Shown here: positions 30,721-41,177 of the stretch, in pieces
How the letters are laid out: each line of letters opens with the position of its first letter
Numbering within the stretch: position 1 is the first letter of the stretch
Assembly (NCBI GenBank): GCA_034520945.1
Contig: JAXHNB010000010.1
Coordinates: 128,001-192,000 of the forward strand
Origin: Trueperaceae bacterium
GTDB lineage: Bacteria > Deinococcota > Deinococci > Deinococcales > Trueperaceae
Direction of reading: 5' to 3'
DNA: 64,000 nucleotides
Notes under the pieces: generated by a model
What the model saw: only the letters and a program-made list of their open reading frames with translations
Databases searched by the model: none
What the model was told of the DNA's origin: nothing
Translations under genes and position numbers: made by a program

Positions 30721-30961
30721 GTGTAAAGGCGCCGGGCCTTCCTCGCGTCGGACGGAACGCTCTGCCTTGTTCGCGCAGCAGCATAGCCCGCGCCCCTTGC
30801 GCGGGTCGGCCGCCGGGGCGCTGGTGGCGGCGTGGTCGTGCCTCGGTAACGCCCCCAGTGCTGAGGTGGGGACGGTCGCACGCCATCTCCCGTACGACGA
30901 GCGATCGGTGCTCGTGTGCGACGTTGCCCACTCCCGCGGCGTGCGGAGCCTGGAGGTACGA

Positions 30962-32743
30962 ATGCGCACCATGACCGGCCTGGCGCTGAGCATCGCGGCC
31001 CTCTTCGTGTTGGCCGCGTGTGGTCAGCCGTCGGGTGGCCCACCGGACGAGCAACCGCCCAGTGAGGACGAAGTTCTGATCCCGGACACCACCAAGGTGC
31101 TGGACGCGGAAGCCCGAACCGCCCTCGTCGACGTAGGTGAGGACGGAACCCTGCGTTTCGCGTCCTCCGCCGGTGTGATCGCCGACCTCGAAACGGACGA
31201 CGTCATCGCCAGCGAACCGGCGAACGCCGCCCCCAACGGCCTGTTGCGCAAGGTGGTGAGCGTCCGCGAGGAGGGCGGCCAGACCGTGGTGGAGACCACC
31301 GGCGCCGAGATCCGCGAAGCCATCCATCAGGGCAGCCTCAGTGTCAGCATCGACCTGGACGAAGCCGACCTGGAGGAGTCGCTGGCGCTCCAATCCGGCG
31401 TCCGGGTGCAGGGCCTGCGACACGACCTGGACACCGACTTCGGCACCGACGGGCGGGTACGGGCCACCGGCACGGTCGAGATCGACCCCGTCCTCGACTT
31501 CGACATGGGCATCTCCTGCGACCGCAAGGTGCTCGGCGTCTGCGCCGAGATTCCCGACCTGAACGTGTTGGTCAAACTCGGCGTCGAGGAGTCCGCCGAC
31601 GTCGCGTTGGAGGGGGAGGACGCCACCGACTTCGACGAGGAGTTCCCGATCGCGCTCCACCAGTTCTCGCCCATCACGTTCAGCATCGGGCCGGTGCCCG
31701 TCGTCCTCACCCCCCAGCTGGAGATCTACCTCGGCGCGGAAGGCGAACTGAGCGCCAGCCTCTCGTTCCGGACGACGCAGGAGCTCACGCTGGCCGGGGG
31801 CTTCGAGTTCGACTCGGACGCGGGCTTCCGCAACATCTCGGAGCGCAGCACCGACTTCGAGGTCCGCACCATCGACGTCGAGGCCAGCGCCGAGGCCCGC
31901 GCGTTCGTGGGCGGACGCTACCAGGTGCACCTCTACGGCGTGATCGGCCCGTTCGGGGCGCTGGAGGCCGGCCCCAGCCTCGAGGCCGACCTACAGGGCC
32001 TGCCCGGCAGAGGTGACCTGATCTACGCCTTCGAGGGGTGCCTCACCGGCACGGTCGGCATCAACAGCGTCGACGTGCTGGACCTTCAGTACGACGCCGA
32101 GCTGTTCGACCTCTGCACCACCTTCGCCGAGGAGGCCAACAGCGACCCCAGCGTGACCATCGGGCTGCCCCAGGAAGACAGCGAGATCTTCGACAGCGAG
32201 GAGACCACGCTGCGGGCCAACACCTTCGACAGGGACGACCACGACGTCACCTGCGAGTGGACGTCCAGCCGGGGCGAGGACCCGCTCGCCGGCGTCGGGT
32301 GCGAGGGAACCACCACCTTCTCCAGCCTCGGCACGCGCACCCTGACCGTGACCGCCACCGATCCGTTCGGGGCGACCGACACCGACTCCGTCACGGTGGA
32401 CGTGGAGGCGGCCCCTTTCATCCTGGTGCAGATCGACCAGCCGACCGAGGACGACGACTTCCGGCCCGATGACACGATCACGCTCGAGGGGTCGGCCCAG
32501 GGCGGCACCGAGCCGCACACCCTCGAGTGGTCTGGCGAGATCGAGATGAGCGACGTCCAACAGGTCGACATCGGCACGGGATCCTCGCTCACATGGACGC
32601 CGGAGGACGATCTGGCGTTCGACGACTGCTTCCAGGGCGACGACGGCGGGATCTTCGAACTGACCCTGACCGCGACCGACGCTGAGGGCCGCACGGAAGC
32701 GCGGTCCATCGAGTTCTTCATCGGCCACATCTGCATCGAGTGA
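30962..32743 (+). CDS. Lipoprotein of unknown function with Ig-like repeats
   Basis: Lipobox LAAC; GGAGG RBS; shares PDTTK, DGTLRFA, P.G.LR and IGPVPVV with 22326-24395. Confidence 0.8.
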   Translation: MRTMTGLALSIAALFVLAACGQPSGGPPDEQPPSEDEVLIPDTTKVLDAEARTALVDVGEDGTLRFASSAGVIADLETDDVIASEPANAAPNGLLRKVVSVREEGGQTVVETTGAEIREAIHQGSLSVSIDLDEADLEESLALQSGVRVQGLRHDLDTDFGTDGRVRATGTVEIDPVLDFDMGISCDRKVLGVCAEIPDLNVLVKLGVEESADVALEGEDATDFDEEFPIALHQFSPITFSIGPVPVVLTPQLEIYLGAEGELSASLSFRTTQELTLAGGFEFDSDAGFRNISERSTDFEVRTIDVEASAEARAFVGGRYQVHLYGVIGPFGALEAGPSLEADLQGLPGRGDLIYAFEGCLTGTVGINSVDVLDLQYDAELFDLCTTFAEEANSDPSVTIGLPQEDSEIFDSEETTLRANTFDRDDHDVTCEWTSSRGEDPLAGVGCEGTTTFSSLGTRTLTVTATDPFGATDTDSVTVDVEAAPFILVQIDQPTEDDDFRPDDTITLEGSAQGGTEPHTLEWSGEIEMSDVQQVDIGTGSSLTWTPEDDLAFDDCFQGDDGGIFELTLTATDAEGRTEARSIEFFIGHICIE

Positions 32744-32905
32744 CGGAGGAACCGACGCTCATGCCAACGCGCACGTACGCAATGCCCCGTGACTTACCGG
32801 CGCCAGAAGGGGGGGAACTGGCTCAGGCCCACCGACGTGCCTACGGGGTCTAGACCAAGTCCCACGCGTCCTGACGACCATCCGTCCTTGGAAGGAGGAA
32901 GACCC

Positions 32906-33367
32906 ATGAACGCAATTCGATTCGCCCTACCCGCCCTTCTCGCCCTGTCCCTCGCCGCCTGCGCCCCAGGCGCCTACGACGGCAGTAGCGAGGTTTCGAC
33001 CGATGGCTCCTCGGCCTCCGCCAGCGACGCCCCTCCCCCCTGCCCGGACACCATCTCGATCCGCGACTTCGCCTTCGAGCCGGAGGCGTGCAGCGTGCAG
33101 GCGGGCACGACGCTCACCTTCGTCAACGACGACGGCGCGCCCCACACCGCCACCTCGGACGACGGTGCGGCCACCGCCTTCGACACGGGGACCCTGCAGC
33201 CGGGCGACTCGGCCACGATCACGCTGGACACGGCCGGCACGTCTCCCTACCACTGCGACATCCACCCCTCCATGCAGGCCACCATCGTAGTGGTCGACGG
33301 CGGGGACACCAGCGCCCAGGCAGGCGATGACGGAGACGGCGACGACGACGGCGACTCGGGGTACTGA
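32906..33367 (+). CDS. Plastocyanin/amicyanin-like cupredoxin lipoprotein
   Basis: Lipobox LAAC; FAFEP, N.D..PH, YHCDIHPSM type-1 Cu ligands. Confidence 0.9.
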   Translation: MNAIRFALPALLALSLAACAPGAYDGSSEVSTDGSSASASDAPPPCPDTISIRDFAFEPEACSVQAGTTLTFVNDDGAPHTATSDDGAATAFDTGTLQPGDSATITLDTAGTSPYHCDIHPSMQATIVVVDGGDTSAQAGDDGDGDDDGDSGY

Positions 33368-33424
33368 GCCGGTGGGGCCGCGCGCATGGTCGCGCGTCGC
33401 CCCTGGACCAGGAGGAAGCACGCC

Positions 33425-33799
33425 ATGACGAAGCCGAAAAAGCGCGTCCGCGTCCTTCTGCTCGCCGTACTGCTGGCCGTCGGCCTGAGCGGCTGCCAGC
33501 AGACGCCCCCCGGCGACGGAAACGGCAACGGTGGCGGTTCCTGCAGTGGCGGCAGCACCACCAACCTGGCCGACGACACCAGCGAGGCGCGTGTAAACGC
33601 CCAGGACTACCACCACCTAAGCATGCTCAAGCAGCTGAACGCCGGCGATCACGTCGGTCTGTGCGTGGTGCCGGGCACCGTCCACGTGATGTCCGATGGG
33701 TGCTGCGTCGACCCCCGCAGCGTTCCGGTGGCGGGCTCAACGGCCGCATGGGGACGCCCCCCGTGCGGAGCTCGGCACGGGTGTACGCTTGCGCGGTGA
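33425..33799 (+). CDS. Small Cys-containing lipoprotein, possibly truncated
   Basis: AGGAGG RBS, basic N-terminus, lipobox LSGC, Gly/Asn linker; the 3' part looks less coding-like. Confidence 0.5.
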   Translation: MTKPKKRVRVLLLAVLLAVGLSGCQQTPPGDGNGNGGGSCSGGSTTNLADDTSEARVNAQDYHHLSMLKQLNAGDHVGLCVVPGTVHVMSDGCCVDPRSVPVAGSTAAWGRPPCGARHGCTLAR

Positions 33800-33854
33800 C
33801 GCGCGAACGTTCCGCCGCGACCTTCACGCACGCGCACCGTCCGGGCGGGCCGGC

Positions 33855-35171
33855 ATGAGCACGAACGGCGCCTCGACGCCACCGGGCACCGATACGGACG
33901 GCGCGCCCGCTCGACACAGCCGCCTCGTCGCCCGTTCGCCCGGCTACTACGGCTGGTTCGTCGTCGCGGCCGGCACGCTGGGCGCGATGATGACCACGCC
34001 GGGGCAAACGACCGGCGTGTCCGTGTTCCTGGACCACATCATCGCGGACGTGGGCCTGTCCCGCTCGGGCGTGTCCAGCCTGTACCTGGTCGGCACGCTG
34101 CTGGGCTCGCTGTCGCTGCCGTTCGCCGGTAGGTTCGTCGACCGCAGGGGGCCACGCACGGCGGTGATGGTGTTCGCAGCCGCGTTCGCATTGGCGTGCG
34201 TGTGGATGGGGATCGCCGTGGAGGCCGTGACGCTGTTGATCGGGTTCACGCTGATCCGCGCCCTCGGCCAGGGCGCGCTCACGCTGGTGAGCCAGCACGC
34301 GATCGCGATCTGGTTCGTGCGTAAGCGCGGCATCGCCATCGGCCTGATCGGGGTCGGGACGGCCTTGGCCAGCGCGGTCTTCCCCGTCCTCATCGAGACA
34401 CTGATCGGTTCGTTCGGGTGGCGCGTCTCCTACATGCTGCTCGGGGCCCTCGTCGCCGTCACCATCCTGCCGATCGGCGCGCTGGTGTTCCGGGACCGGC
34501 CCGAAGCGTACGGGCTACGACCGGACGGGGGCGCGCCCGGAACGCCGGACGACGGGGAGGACGCGCCGGCGACGGAGGAGGTGGACTACACGCCGCAGGC
34601 CGCCCGCCGGACCGTGACGTTCTGGTTGTTCGTCACCGGCTTGGCGTTGGCGTCGGGCCTGGGGACAGGCCTGGTGTTCCACCACTTCTCGATCCTGGGC
34701 GAGGGTGGCGTCAGCCGCGCGGACGCGGCATTGGCGTTCGTCTGGTTTGGCGTGGCCTCGGCCAGCAGCAACCTCGGCACCGGCGCGCTGATCCGCAGGG
34801 TGCCGCCCAGGTTCCTGCTGAGCGTGATGCTGGCGATGCTCACCGCCAGTCTGGTGCTGGCCGGCTTCGTGCCTGGGCCGCAGGTGGTGATCGTGTACGG
34901 CCTGCTGCTCGGGGCGCGAACGGGGATGTTCGGTTCACTGGAGGGCAACGTGTTCGCGTACTACTTCGGCCGCCGGGACCTCGGCGCCATCAAGGGCTTC
35001 GCCACCAGCGCGCTGATCGTCGGCTCGGCCGTCGGTCCCCTGATCATGGCTGCGGGCTACGACCTGCTGGGAAGCTACACCGTGACGATGCTCGCGTGCG
35101 CCGTGCCGCCGTTCGCCTTGGCCGTGGTCGCGCCGTTCCTTCGCCTGACCGACGGGACCCGCGTGCGCTGA
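33855..35171 (+). CDS. MFS transporter
   Basis: YYGWFVV, GRFVDRRGPR, WFVRKRG, YFGRRDLG; about 12 TM. Confidence 0.92.
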   Translation: MSTNGASTPPGTDTDGAPARHSRLVARSPGYYGWFVVAAGTLGAMMTTPGQTTGVSVFLDHIIADVGLSRSGVSSLYLVGTLLGSLSLPFAGRFVDRRGPRTAVMVFAAAFALACVWMGIAVEAVTLLIGFTLIRALGQGALTLVSQHAIAIWFVRKRGIAIGLIGVGTALASAVFPVLIETLIGSFGWRVSYMLLGALVAVTILPIGALVFRDRPEAYGLRPDGGAPGTPDDGEDAPATEEVDYTPQAARRTVTFWLFVTGLALASGLGTGLVFHHFSILGEGGVSRADAALAFVWFGVASASSNLGTGALIRRVPPRFLLSVMLAMLTASLVLAGFVPGPQVVIVYGLLLGARTGMFGSLEGNVFAYYFGRRDLGAIKGFATSALIVGSAVGPLIMAAGYDLLGSYTVTMLACAVPPFALAVVAPFLRLTDGTRVR

Positions 35172-35230
35172 ACGCGCGTTGCACGCACCGACCCACGAGG
35201 CGGCACCATCGGGTAGCGTGCTGCGTGACC

Positions 35231-36565
35231 ATGCAAACCGTCGTCCCCCAACCCCGGGAAGCGCGCCAGAGCGTCCATCGCCGCCGCAACGTGTTCGTCG
35301 TCGGCATGGACGAGTACCAACGCACGCGTCTGGCCGGCTTGACCGAAGCCGCCGACTGCCGGTTCCATACGCTGTTGCCCATGAACCGGCTCCGCGGCGT
35401 GACGGATCTTCCGGTCGCCGACCTGATCGACGAGGCGGAACGCCGCTTGGACGAGTTCGGCGACGACGTCGACGCCATCCTCAGCTTCCTCGACTTCCCG
35501 GCCATCGAGATCGCCACCCTGCTGCAGTGGCGGCACGATCTTCGAGGGCCGACGCTGGAGGCGATCCTCCGCTGCAACCACAAGTACTGGAGTCGCCGGT
35601 TGCAGGCCGAGGTCGCCCCGGAGTGCATCCCCCCGTTCGGCTGTTTCGATCCGTTCGACGACGGTGCGTACGGCCGGCTCGACGTGCCGGTGCCGATGTG
35701 GATCAAGCCGCTCAACGGCTGGCGGTCGCACCTGGGGTTCCGCGTGGCCAGTGAAGCGGACTTCCGTGCCGGTTCGGCGGCGATCGCGGCGGAGATGGAC
35801 CGCTTGTCGGAGCCGCTGGAGTACTTCATGGCGCGCGCCGAGATTCCCGACGCGGTGGCGCGCCTCGGTTCGCGGGTCGCCCTGGCCGAGGGCATCATCG
35901 GCGGGGCGCAGTGCACGGTCGAAGGGTACGTGTTCGACGGCGAGCCGCACGCCTACGGCGTGGTCGACTCGATCCGCGAGCCCAACCGCTCCACGTTCCA
36001 GCGCTACCAGTACCCCTCGCGTCTGCCCGAGGAGGTGCGGGACCGCATGGGGGACGTCGCCTGCCGGGTGATGTCTCGGATCGGCTTCGACAACGGCGCG
36101 TTCAACATGGAGTTCTTCTACGACCGCGCGCACGACCAGGTGTGGTTGCTGGAGATCAACCCGCGCCTGTCCCTGTCGCATTGCGAGCTGTTCGAGCGGG
36201 TGGACGGCCTCAGCCATCAGATCGTGGCAGTGGACATCGCGCTGGGTCGCCGGCCGCGGCTCACGCCCGGCCAAGGGGCGTACAAGGCGGCGGCGAAGTG
36301 CTTCATTCGCGCACACGCCGATGCGCGGGTCGAGCGAGTCCCCTCGGCGGAGGAGCTCGCCGCCGTGGAACATGCCGTACCCGGCACCACCATCGAACTG
36401 GACGTCGAACCGGGTATGCGCTTGTCCGACCTGACCGACCAGGACAGCTACTCCTACGAACTGGGCGCCGTCTGGATCGGGGGCGAGGACACGCACGAAC
36501 TGAACGAGAAGTACGATGAGGTGCTGGGGCGGTTGAACCTGCGTTTGAGCGACGACGCGTCGTGA
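35231..36565 (+). CDS. ATP-grasp domain protein (ligase of unknown substrate)
   Basis: C.HKYWSR, WIKP, AEGII.G, FNMEFF, LLEINPR, DQDSYSY. Confidence 0.85.
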   Translation: MQTVVPQPREARQSVHRRRNVFVVGMDEYQRTRLAGLTEAADCRFHTLLPMNRLRGVTDLPVADLIDEAERRLDEFGDDVDAILSFLDFPAIEIATLLQWRHDLRGPTLEAILRCNHKYWSRRLQAEVAPECIPPFGCFDPFDDGAYGRLDVPVPMWIKPLNGWRSHLGFRVASEADFRAGSAAIAAEMDRLSEPLEYFMARAEIPDAVARLGSRVALAEGIIGGAQCTVEGYVFDGEPHAYGVVDSIREPNRSTFQRYQYPSRLPEEVRDRMGDVACRVMSRIGFDNGAFNMEFFYDRAHDQVWLLEINPRLSLSHCELFERVDGLSHQIVAVDIALGRRPRLTPGQGAYKAAAKCFIRAHADARVERVPSAEELAAVEHAVPGTTIELDVEPGMRLSDLTDQDSYSYELGAVWIGGEDTHELNEKYDEVLGRLNLRLSDDAS

Positions 36566-36574
36566 CGTGACGCA

Positions 36575-36611
36575 GCGAAGGGCCCGAGGTTCGAGACCTC
36601 GGGCCCTTCGC
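36575..36611. terminator. Hairpin terminator between convergent genes
   Basis: 16-bp perfect stem GCGAAGGGCCCGAGGT / ACCTCGGGCCCTTCGC. Confidence 0.75.
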
Positions 36612-36652
36612 GTTCGCCGCTGCAGGGGCGTATGCCAGCCGCGTCGGCCGGA

Positions 36653-38012
36653 TCAATCGAACAGGCCCGGGCCGTCCGGCGGGATGCACATGATCATCGT
36701 GTAGTCCAGCCGGCCCCACGCGTCCCCTTCGGGCGATTCGAAGCCGTACTGGTAGCGCGTTCGGGCTTCCAGGCCGTCCACCAGCGCGTTGCCCAACTGG
36801 AGCGATTCGCGTGCGGGGGTGACGCTGAAGTCGGTCAGGAGCCGTCGCGCCAGGTCTTCCTCGCCGGCGTCCAGCAGGTGCTGGACGCTCGGTTCGAGGC
36901 CGACCATGGCATCCGCCGTCTGCGCCTCGAATCCTGCCAGCGTCGCCTGCACGTCGTGCAAGAACTCCTCCGGCCGGGCACAGGTGTAGTACAGCAGCCG
37001 CTTGAACGTCCGCGTCGCGAATTCGCTGGCCTCCTGGTGCTGGTAGTCCTCGGTGAGGAACACCGTGGCGGCGTCCTTGTGCATGTAACGGTGCCAACCG
37101 AATTCGGGGGGAACCTCGTTCGAGCCGATGTAGTACGGCACGAACGGGGTGGTCACGGAGCTGGTCGGCGCCACCCACAACACGCCGAGGTCTCGCGGGA
37201 AGTCGGGCCGCAGGTGTGCGACCTGGTCGCAACCGGTGGAGTCGCCCGACAGCGCGGGCGTACGAACCAGCGCCTGCATCCCTTCCAGCGTCACGGGTGC
37301 CATCTCGCGCACGCGCTCCTCGAAGTCGGCGATGGTGGGTCCGTCGAGGCGGAACAGCGGCTGTTGACGGCCCTGTCCGTTTCCGTACACCGCGTTGACG
37401 TTGAACGGCTCGCCGGCGTCGGGGTCGTACCAGCCTTGCTCCACCGCGAACGAGATCAGGTTGTCGGACCCCATGTAGTCGGGGTGCTCCTGGTAGTTGT
37501 CGGGGATCTCCAGGATGTAGCCGGGGTACGACAGTCGCACGTCGTCGCAGCCGACGCGTTCGGCGACCCACAGGCCTTGGCTGCCGGCCATCTGCTTCAT
37601 GACCCAGCCTTCCTGGGCATCGGCGAAGAAGTGCGAGTTGCCGCCGTAGGTACTGAAGCCGTACTCGTCGATCAGCGAGGCGACGATCTCGACCGCTTCG
37701 CGGGCACTGGTGGCGCGGTCCATGGCGATGCGGGCCAGGTCGCTGTACTGCGGCCCCGTTTGCGGCGTCTCGGTCATGTCGACGAGTTCCTGGCGGGACG
37801 GTGACCAGATATCGCGTCCCGCCACGTGGTGTTCGCTCAGGCCCCGTTCGTCAAGGGAGCCGGAAACCCTTCGTAGTCGGAGTAGTCGCTGCTGATGAAC
37901 TTCGCGGTCTCCTCGACCTGCGGGATCTCGATCGGCTCGCCAGGGATGGCCGCGTCCGCGGTGACGCCCTTTTGGATGGTGGCGTCCGGCGGGTGTTGCG
38001 CGCGCGGCACGG
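36653..38012 (-). pseudogene. C69-family dipeptidase (Ntn hydrolase), frameshifted and N-terminally truncated
   Basis: ORF 37837-38100 (...GFPAPLTNG) joins ORF 36653-37825 (LSEHHVAGRDIWSPSR..AREAV..YGGNSH) across a missing base at about 37843. The N-terminal catalytic Cys segment was not found. Confidence 0.75.
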
Positions 38013-38274
38013 TTCGTGCACGAACGAGGCCCGCAACCTGTCGTGGATCCGATTCAATATCGACGCGTACCGCGGCCCGGTTGGTAGAGCGAAAGCGCAC
38101 CTTGGGCCGAAGAAAACCCTAGAACGAAGGATTGCATCGGCGGCATCCGGAGATCGGCGGTCGGGCCTCCTGGCGCTACCTCCGGGCGCCGCGCCGCGGC
38201 GGCACGGCACGCCTGCGTGGGCCACGCGGGGGCGCGTAAGGATCTCGTGACCCACCCCCGGCTACCGTCCCGTC

Positions 38275-40242
38275 GTGATTTCGCCGCCGTCCCTCGACCC
38301 CATCCCGCGACCCGACGCGAGCGAGGCGCGTTACGCGCTGAAGTGGCGCAAGACGCTCCTCCTCGCCATCCCGTTCGGGGCAGCAGCGTTCCTCGCCGGG
38401 TGGGCCCTGGAGGTCCCCAGCGGCCAAGCCACGACGTTCGACATGGTGGCCTACCCGGTCATGGGGTTCCTGATGCTGGCCCTCGAAGGCCTGCTGGCCC
38501 TCGACCGACGGGCCCTGACCACGGTCGTGATCGGCATTATCGCGGGCGCCAGCACCTTCTTCGTCGCCAAGCTCGGGTGGTTGCTGTTCGGGGGTCACAC
38601 GGACGTCGGCATTCAGGCGCAGTTGACCGAGACGTTCTTCTGGATTCCCGTCGTGTACCTGCTTTCGTTCGTGTTGGCCAAGGTTCGCGCGGGACGCTAC
38701 ATCGTGGTCGCGTTCACGGCAGCCGTCCTCGGCCTCAGCGTGGCGTACGCCCTCCCCCACGCCATGGCGGGCACCTCGTGGGGCGTGACGTACGCGTTGA
38801 TCGAGCTGAACCTGGCGAACACGGTCCTGTTGGCCCTGACCTCCGCCTTCATCAGCTTCAAGGAGGACTACACGCGAACCCAGGCGCGGATGGACGAGGC
38901 GGAACGCTTCGCGTACACGGACTCGCTCACCGGCCTGCCGAACCGGCCGCAGCTGAAGATCGACCTGGAGCATCGCCTCGCCAACGCCCGGGCGCGCGGC
39001 ACCCACCTGGCCGTCCTGTTCCTCGACATCGACGGCTTCAAGGTGATCAACGACACCGTGGGCCACGAGGCGGGCGACGAGCTGTTGCGGCAGTTCGCCG
39101 CGCGCCTGCAGGCCGAAATCCGCCGCGGCGACGTCTTCGCCCGGATCAGCGGCGACGAGTTCGTGGTCCTCCTCGACGACGTCGGCTCGCCCCAGACCGC
39201 CCTGTTCGTGGCGCGCAAGCTGCAGGCCGCGCTGGTCGAACCGTTCACGCTGGACGGTCACGCCCATCACGTCACCGCCAGCATCGGCGCGTGCATTCAC
39301 CCGCACGACGCCGACGATGCGGCGACGTTGCTGCAGCACGCCGACGCCGCGATGTACCGCGTCAAGCGTTCCGGCAAGAACGGCGTGCAGCGCTACCGCG
39401 ACGACTCCGACGCGCAGGTGGAGCGGCAACGGGCGCTGGAACGCGAACTTCGCAAGGCGCTGTCCGCCGGGCAAATCTCGCTGGTGTACCAGCCGTTGCA
39501 CGACCTCGGGACCGGTGCGGTCCGCAAGGTCGAAGCCTTGCTGCGTTGGCACCACCCGCACTGGGGGCACGTGTCGCCCGCAGAGTTCGTACCTATCGCC
39601 GAGCGGAGCGGGCTGATCGTCGGCTTGGGCGAGTGGGTGTTGCGGGAGGCCTGCCGGCAGGCGAAGGCGTGGTCGCGCCAGTCGGGGGAGGATCTCACGG
39701 TGTGCGTCAACGTCTCCCCCATGCAGTTCGCCCATCCCGGCTTCTACCGGACGGTGGAGGCGGCGCTCGAGGAACACGCCCTGATGCCGGAGTGCCTGGA
39801 GCTCGAGCTGACGGAGGGGATCGTCATGCACGGCGTCGAGCACGTTCACGAGACCCTGGACCGCCTGCAGCGCCTGGGCGTCCACATCGCCATCGACGAT
39901 TTCGGCACCGGCTACTCGTCGTTCGCCTACCTGCGCGACATGCCGATCGACACCGTCAAGATCGACCGCAGCTTCGTGCGGGACCTGGGGTCCCCGCTTC
40001 ATGCGCCGCAGTTCGCGTTGGCGTTGGTCGAAGCGATCACGCACCTCGCGTCGCACCTCGACCTGCAGATCGTCGCCGAAGGGGTCGAGACCGACGCCCA
40101 ACGCCGCGTCGTGAGCGACCTGGGTTGCCACCTGGGCCAGGGGTACTACTTCTCCAAGCCGATGCCGCCCCCCGACGTCGAGCCGTACCTGTACCTCTCA
40201 AGCCGCCAAGGAGGCGTGACGGCGGGGCCGCTAGTCAACTGA
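38275..40242 (+). CDS. Membrane-bound GGDEF-EAL protein
   Basis: About 6 N-terminal TM; DSLTGLPNR, ISGDEF, VEALLRW, DDFGTGYSS, AEGVE; leaderless -10 TACCGT. Confidence 0.92.
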   Translation: MISPPSLDPIPRPDASEARYALKWRKTLLLAIPFGAAAFLAGWALEVPSGQATTFDMVAYPVMGFLMLALEGLLALDRRALTTVVIGIIAGASTFFVAKLGWLLFGGHTDVGIQAQLTETFFWIPVVYLLSFVLAKVRAGRYIVVAFTAAVLGLSVAYALPHAMAGTSWGVTYALIELNLANTVLLALTSAFISFKEDYTRTQARMDEAERFAYTDSLTGLPNRPQLKIDLEHRLANARARGTHLAVLFLDIDGFKVINDTVGHEAGDELLRQFAARLQAEIRRGDVFARISGDEFVVLLDDVGSPQTALFVARKLQAALVEPFTLDGHAHHVTASIGACIHPHDADDAATLLQHADAAMYRVKRSGKNGVQRYRDDSDAQVERQRALERELRKALSAGQISLVYQPLHDLGTGAVRKVEALLRWHHPHWGHVSPAEFVPIAERSGLIVGLGEWVLREACRQAKAWSRQSGEDLTVCVNVSPMQFAHPGFYRTVEAALEEHALMPECLELELTEGIVMHGVEHVHETLDRLQRLGVHIAIDDFGTGYSSFAYLRDMPIDTVKIDRSFVRDLGSPLHAPQFALALVEAITHLASHLDLQIVAEGVETDAQRRVVSDLGCHLGQGYYFSKPMPPPDVEPYLYLSSRQGGVTAGPLVN

Positions 40243-41112
40243 CGTCAGCCACAACGTCATCCCGCCTACGCGCCGATCGCCGGCGATGGCCTCGCACGCG
40301 TAGCGGTCGCCCGTCGCCTCGTCCTCTTCGGAGCGAGGCGGTTCGGGGTCCGCCCGGAAGCGCACCGCTTCGCCAGCCCAGGCCAGGTCGCTGGCGCTCA
40401 CCTCGCCGCGCACGACCCGGTACGGCTGGGGTGGGTCGCCGTAGAGCCGTCCCGCCAGGTACGACAGTTGCCCCATGAGGACCGCCACGGGCAGGGCTGG
40501 GTAGCCGCCGAAGTGCCCCGCGCACGCGGAGGCCGGAATCTCCTTCACCACCTGCTCTGCCCCGTCGCCGTCCCGCGTCCAGCAGGACGTCAGCAGCGCT
40601 TCGTACGGGTTCGGCCCGGCCGGCGTCGTCAACGCGCGGTGCCGGAACAGGCGTTGGAACGCCGACTCGGTGAGGATGGTGTATTCGATGCGGAACGAGG
40701 CCAGTGCGGCGTCGGCGGCGGTCGCCGTCACGGACGCCGTGCACGCGCGTTTGCTGGTCTCGAGCAGTTCACTGGAGAACCGCACCGGCGTTCCGTACGG
40801 TGCTTCGTTGGGCTGGTAGCGGCACTCGGCGTGCCGTGCCAGGTAGTAGCGACGCCGGTCGTCGGGCTGCGCGCTGGCCGCGTGACACAGGCCGGTGATG
40901 GCGGCGTGCCGCCCCAGTTCGGCCGCGGGCATGGGCCCGTGCTCGCGAAACGGCGGCGATTCGGCCTGCGCCGTGGCGGAGAGGTAGAGGCCTTCCAGGG
41001 ACAAATCGCGGAGTGCGAAGTACGGCGGTTGCACGCCGATGCGTTGGAGAAGGTCGTGCTGGGCCTGGCGGCGAGATACGTGGGTCGTGGTGCGCTGTCC
41101 GATGTGTGGCAT
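40231..41112 (-). CDS. Putative double hotdog-fold protein
   Basis: C-half GHFGGYPALPVAVL resembles FabA/FabZ GHFPxxPxxPG; N-half AAELGRH helix; leaderless -10 TACGCT. Confidence 0.6.
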   Translation of the reverse strand: MPHIGQRTTTHVSRRQAQHDLLQRIGVQPPYFALRDLSLEGLYLSATAQAESPPFREHGPMPAAELGRHAAITGLCHAASAQPDDRRRYYLARHAECRYQPNEAPYGTPVRFSSELLETSKRACTASVTATAADAALASFRIEYTILTESAFQRLFRHRALTTPAGPNPYEALLTSCWTRDGDGAEQVVKEIPASACAGHFGGYPALPVAVLMGQLSYLAGRLYGDPPQPYRVVRGEVSASDLAWAGEAVRFRADPEPPRSEEDEATGDRYACEAIAGDRRVGGMTLWLTSVD

Positions 41113-41177
41113 GACACAGAGCGTATCCTTGGCGGGTCCGGCGACCCGATGAACATTTCGTGATCAGGGCGCCACGT

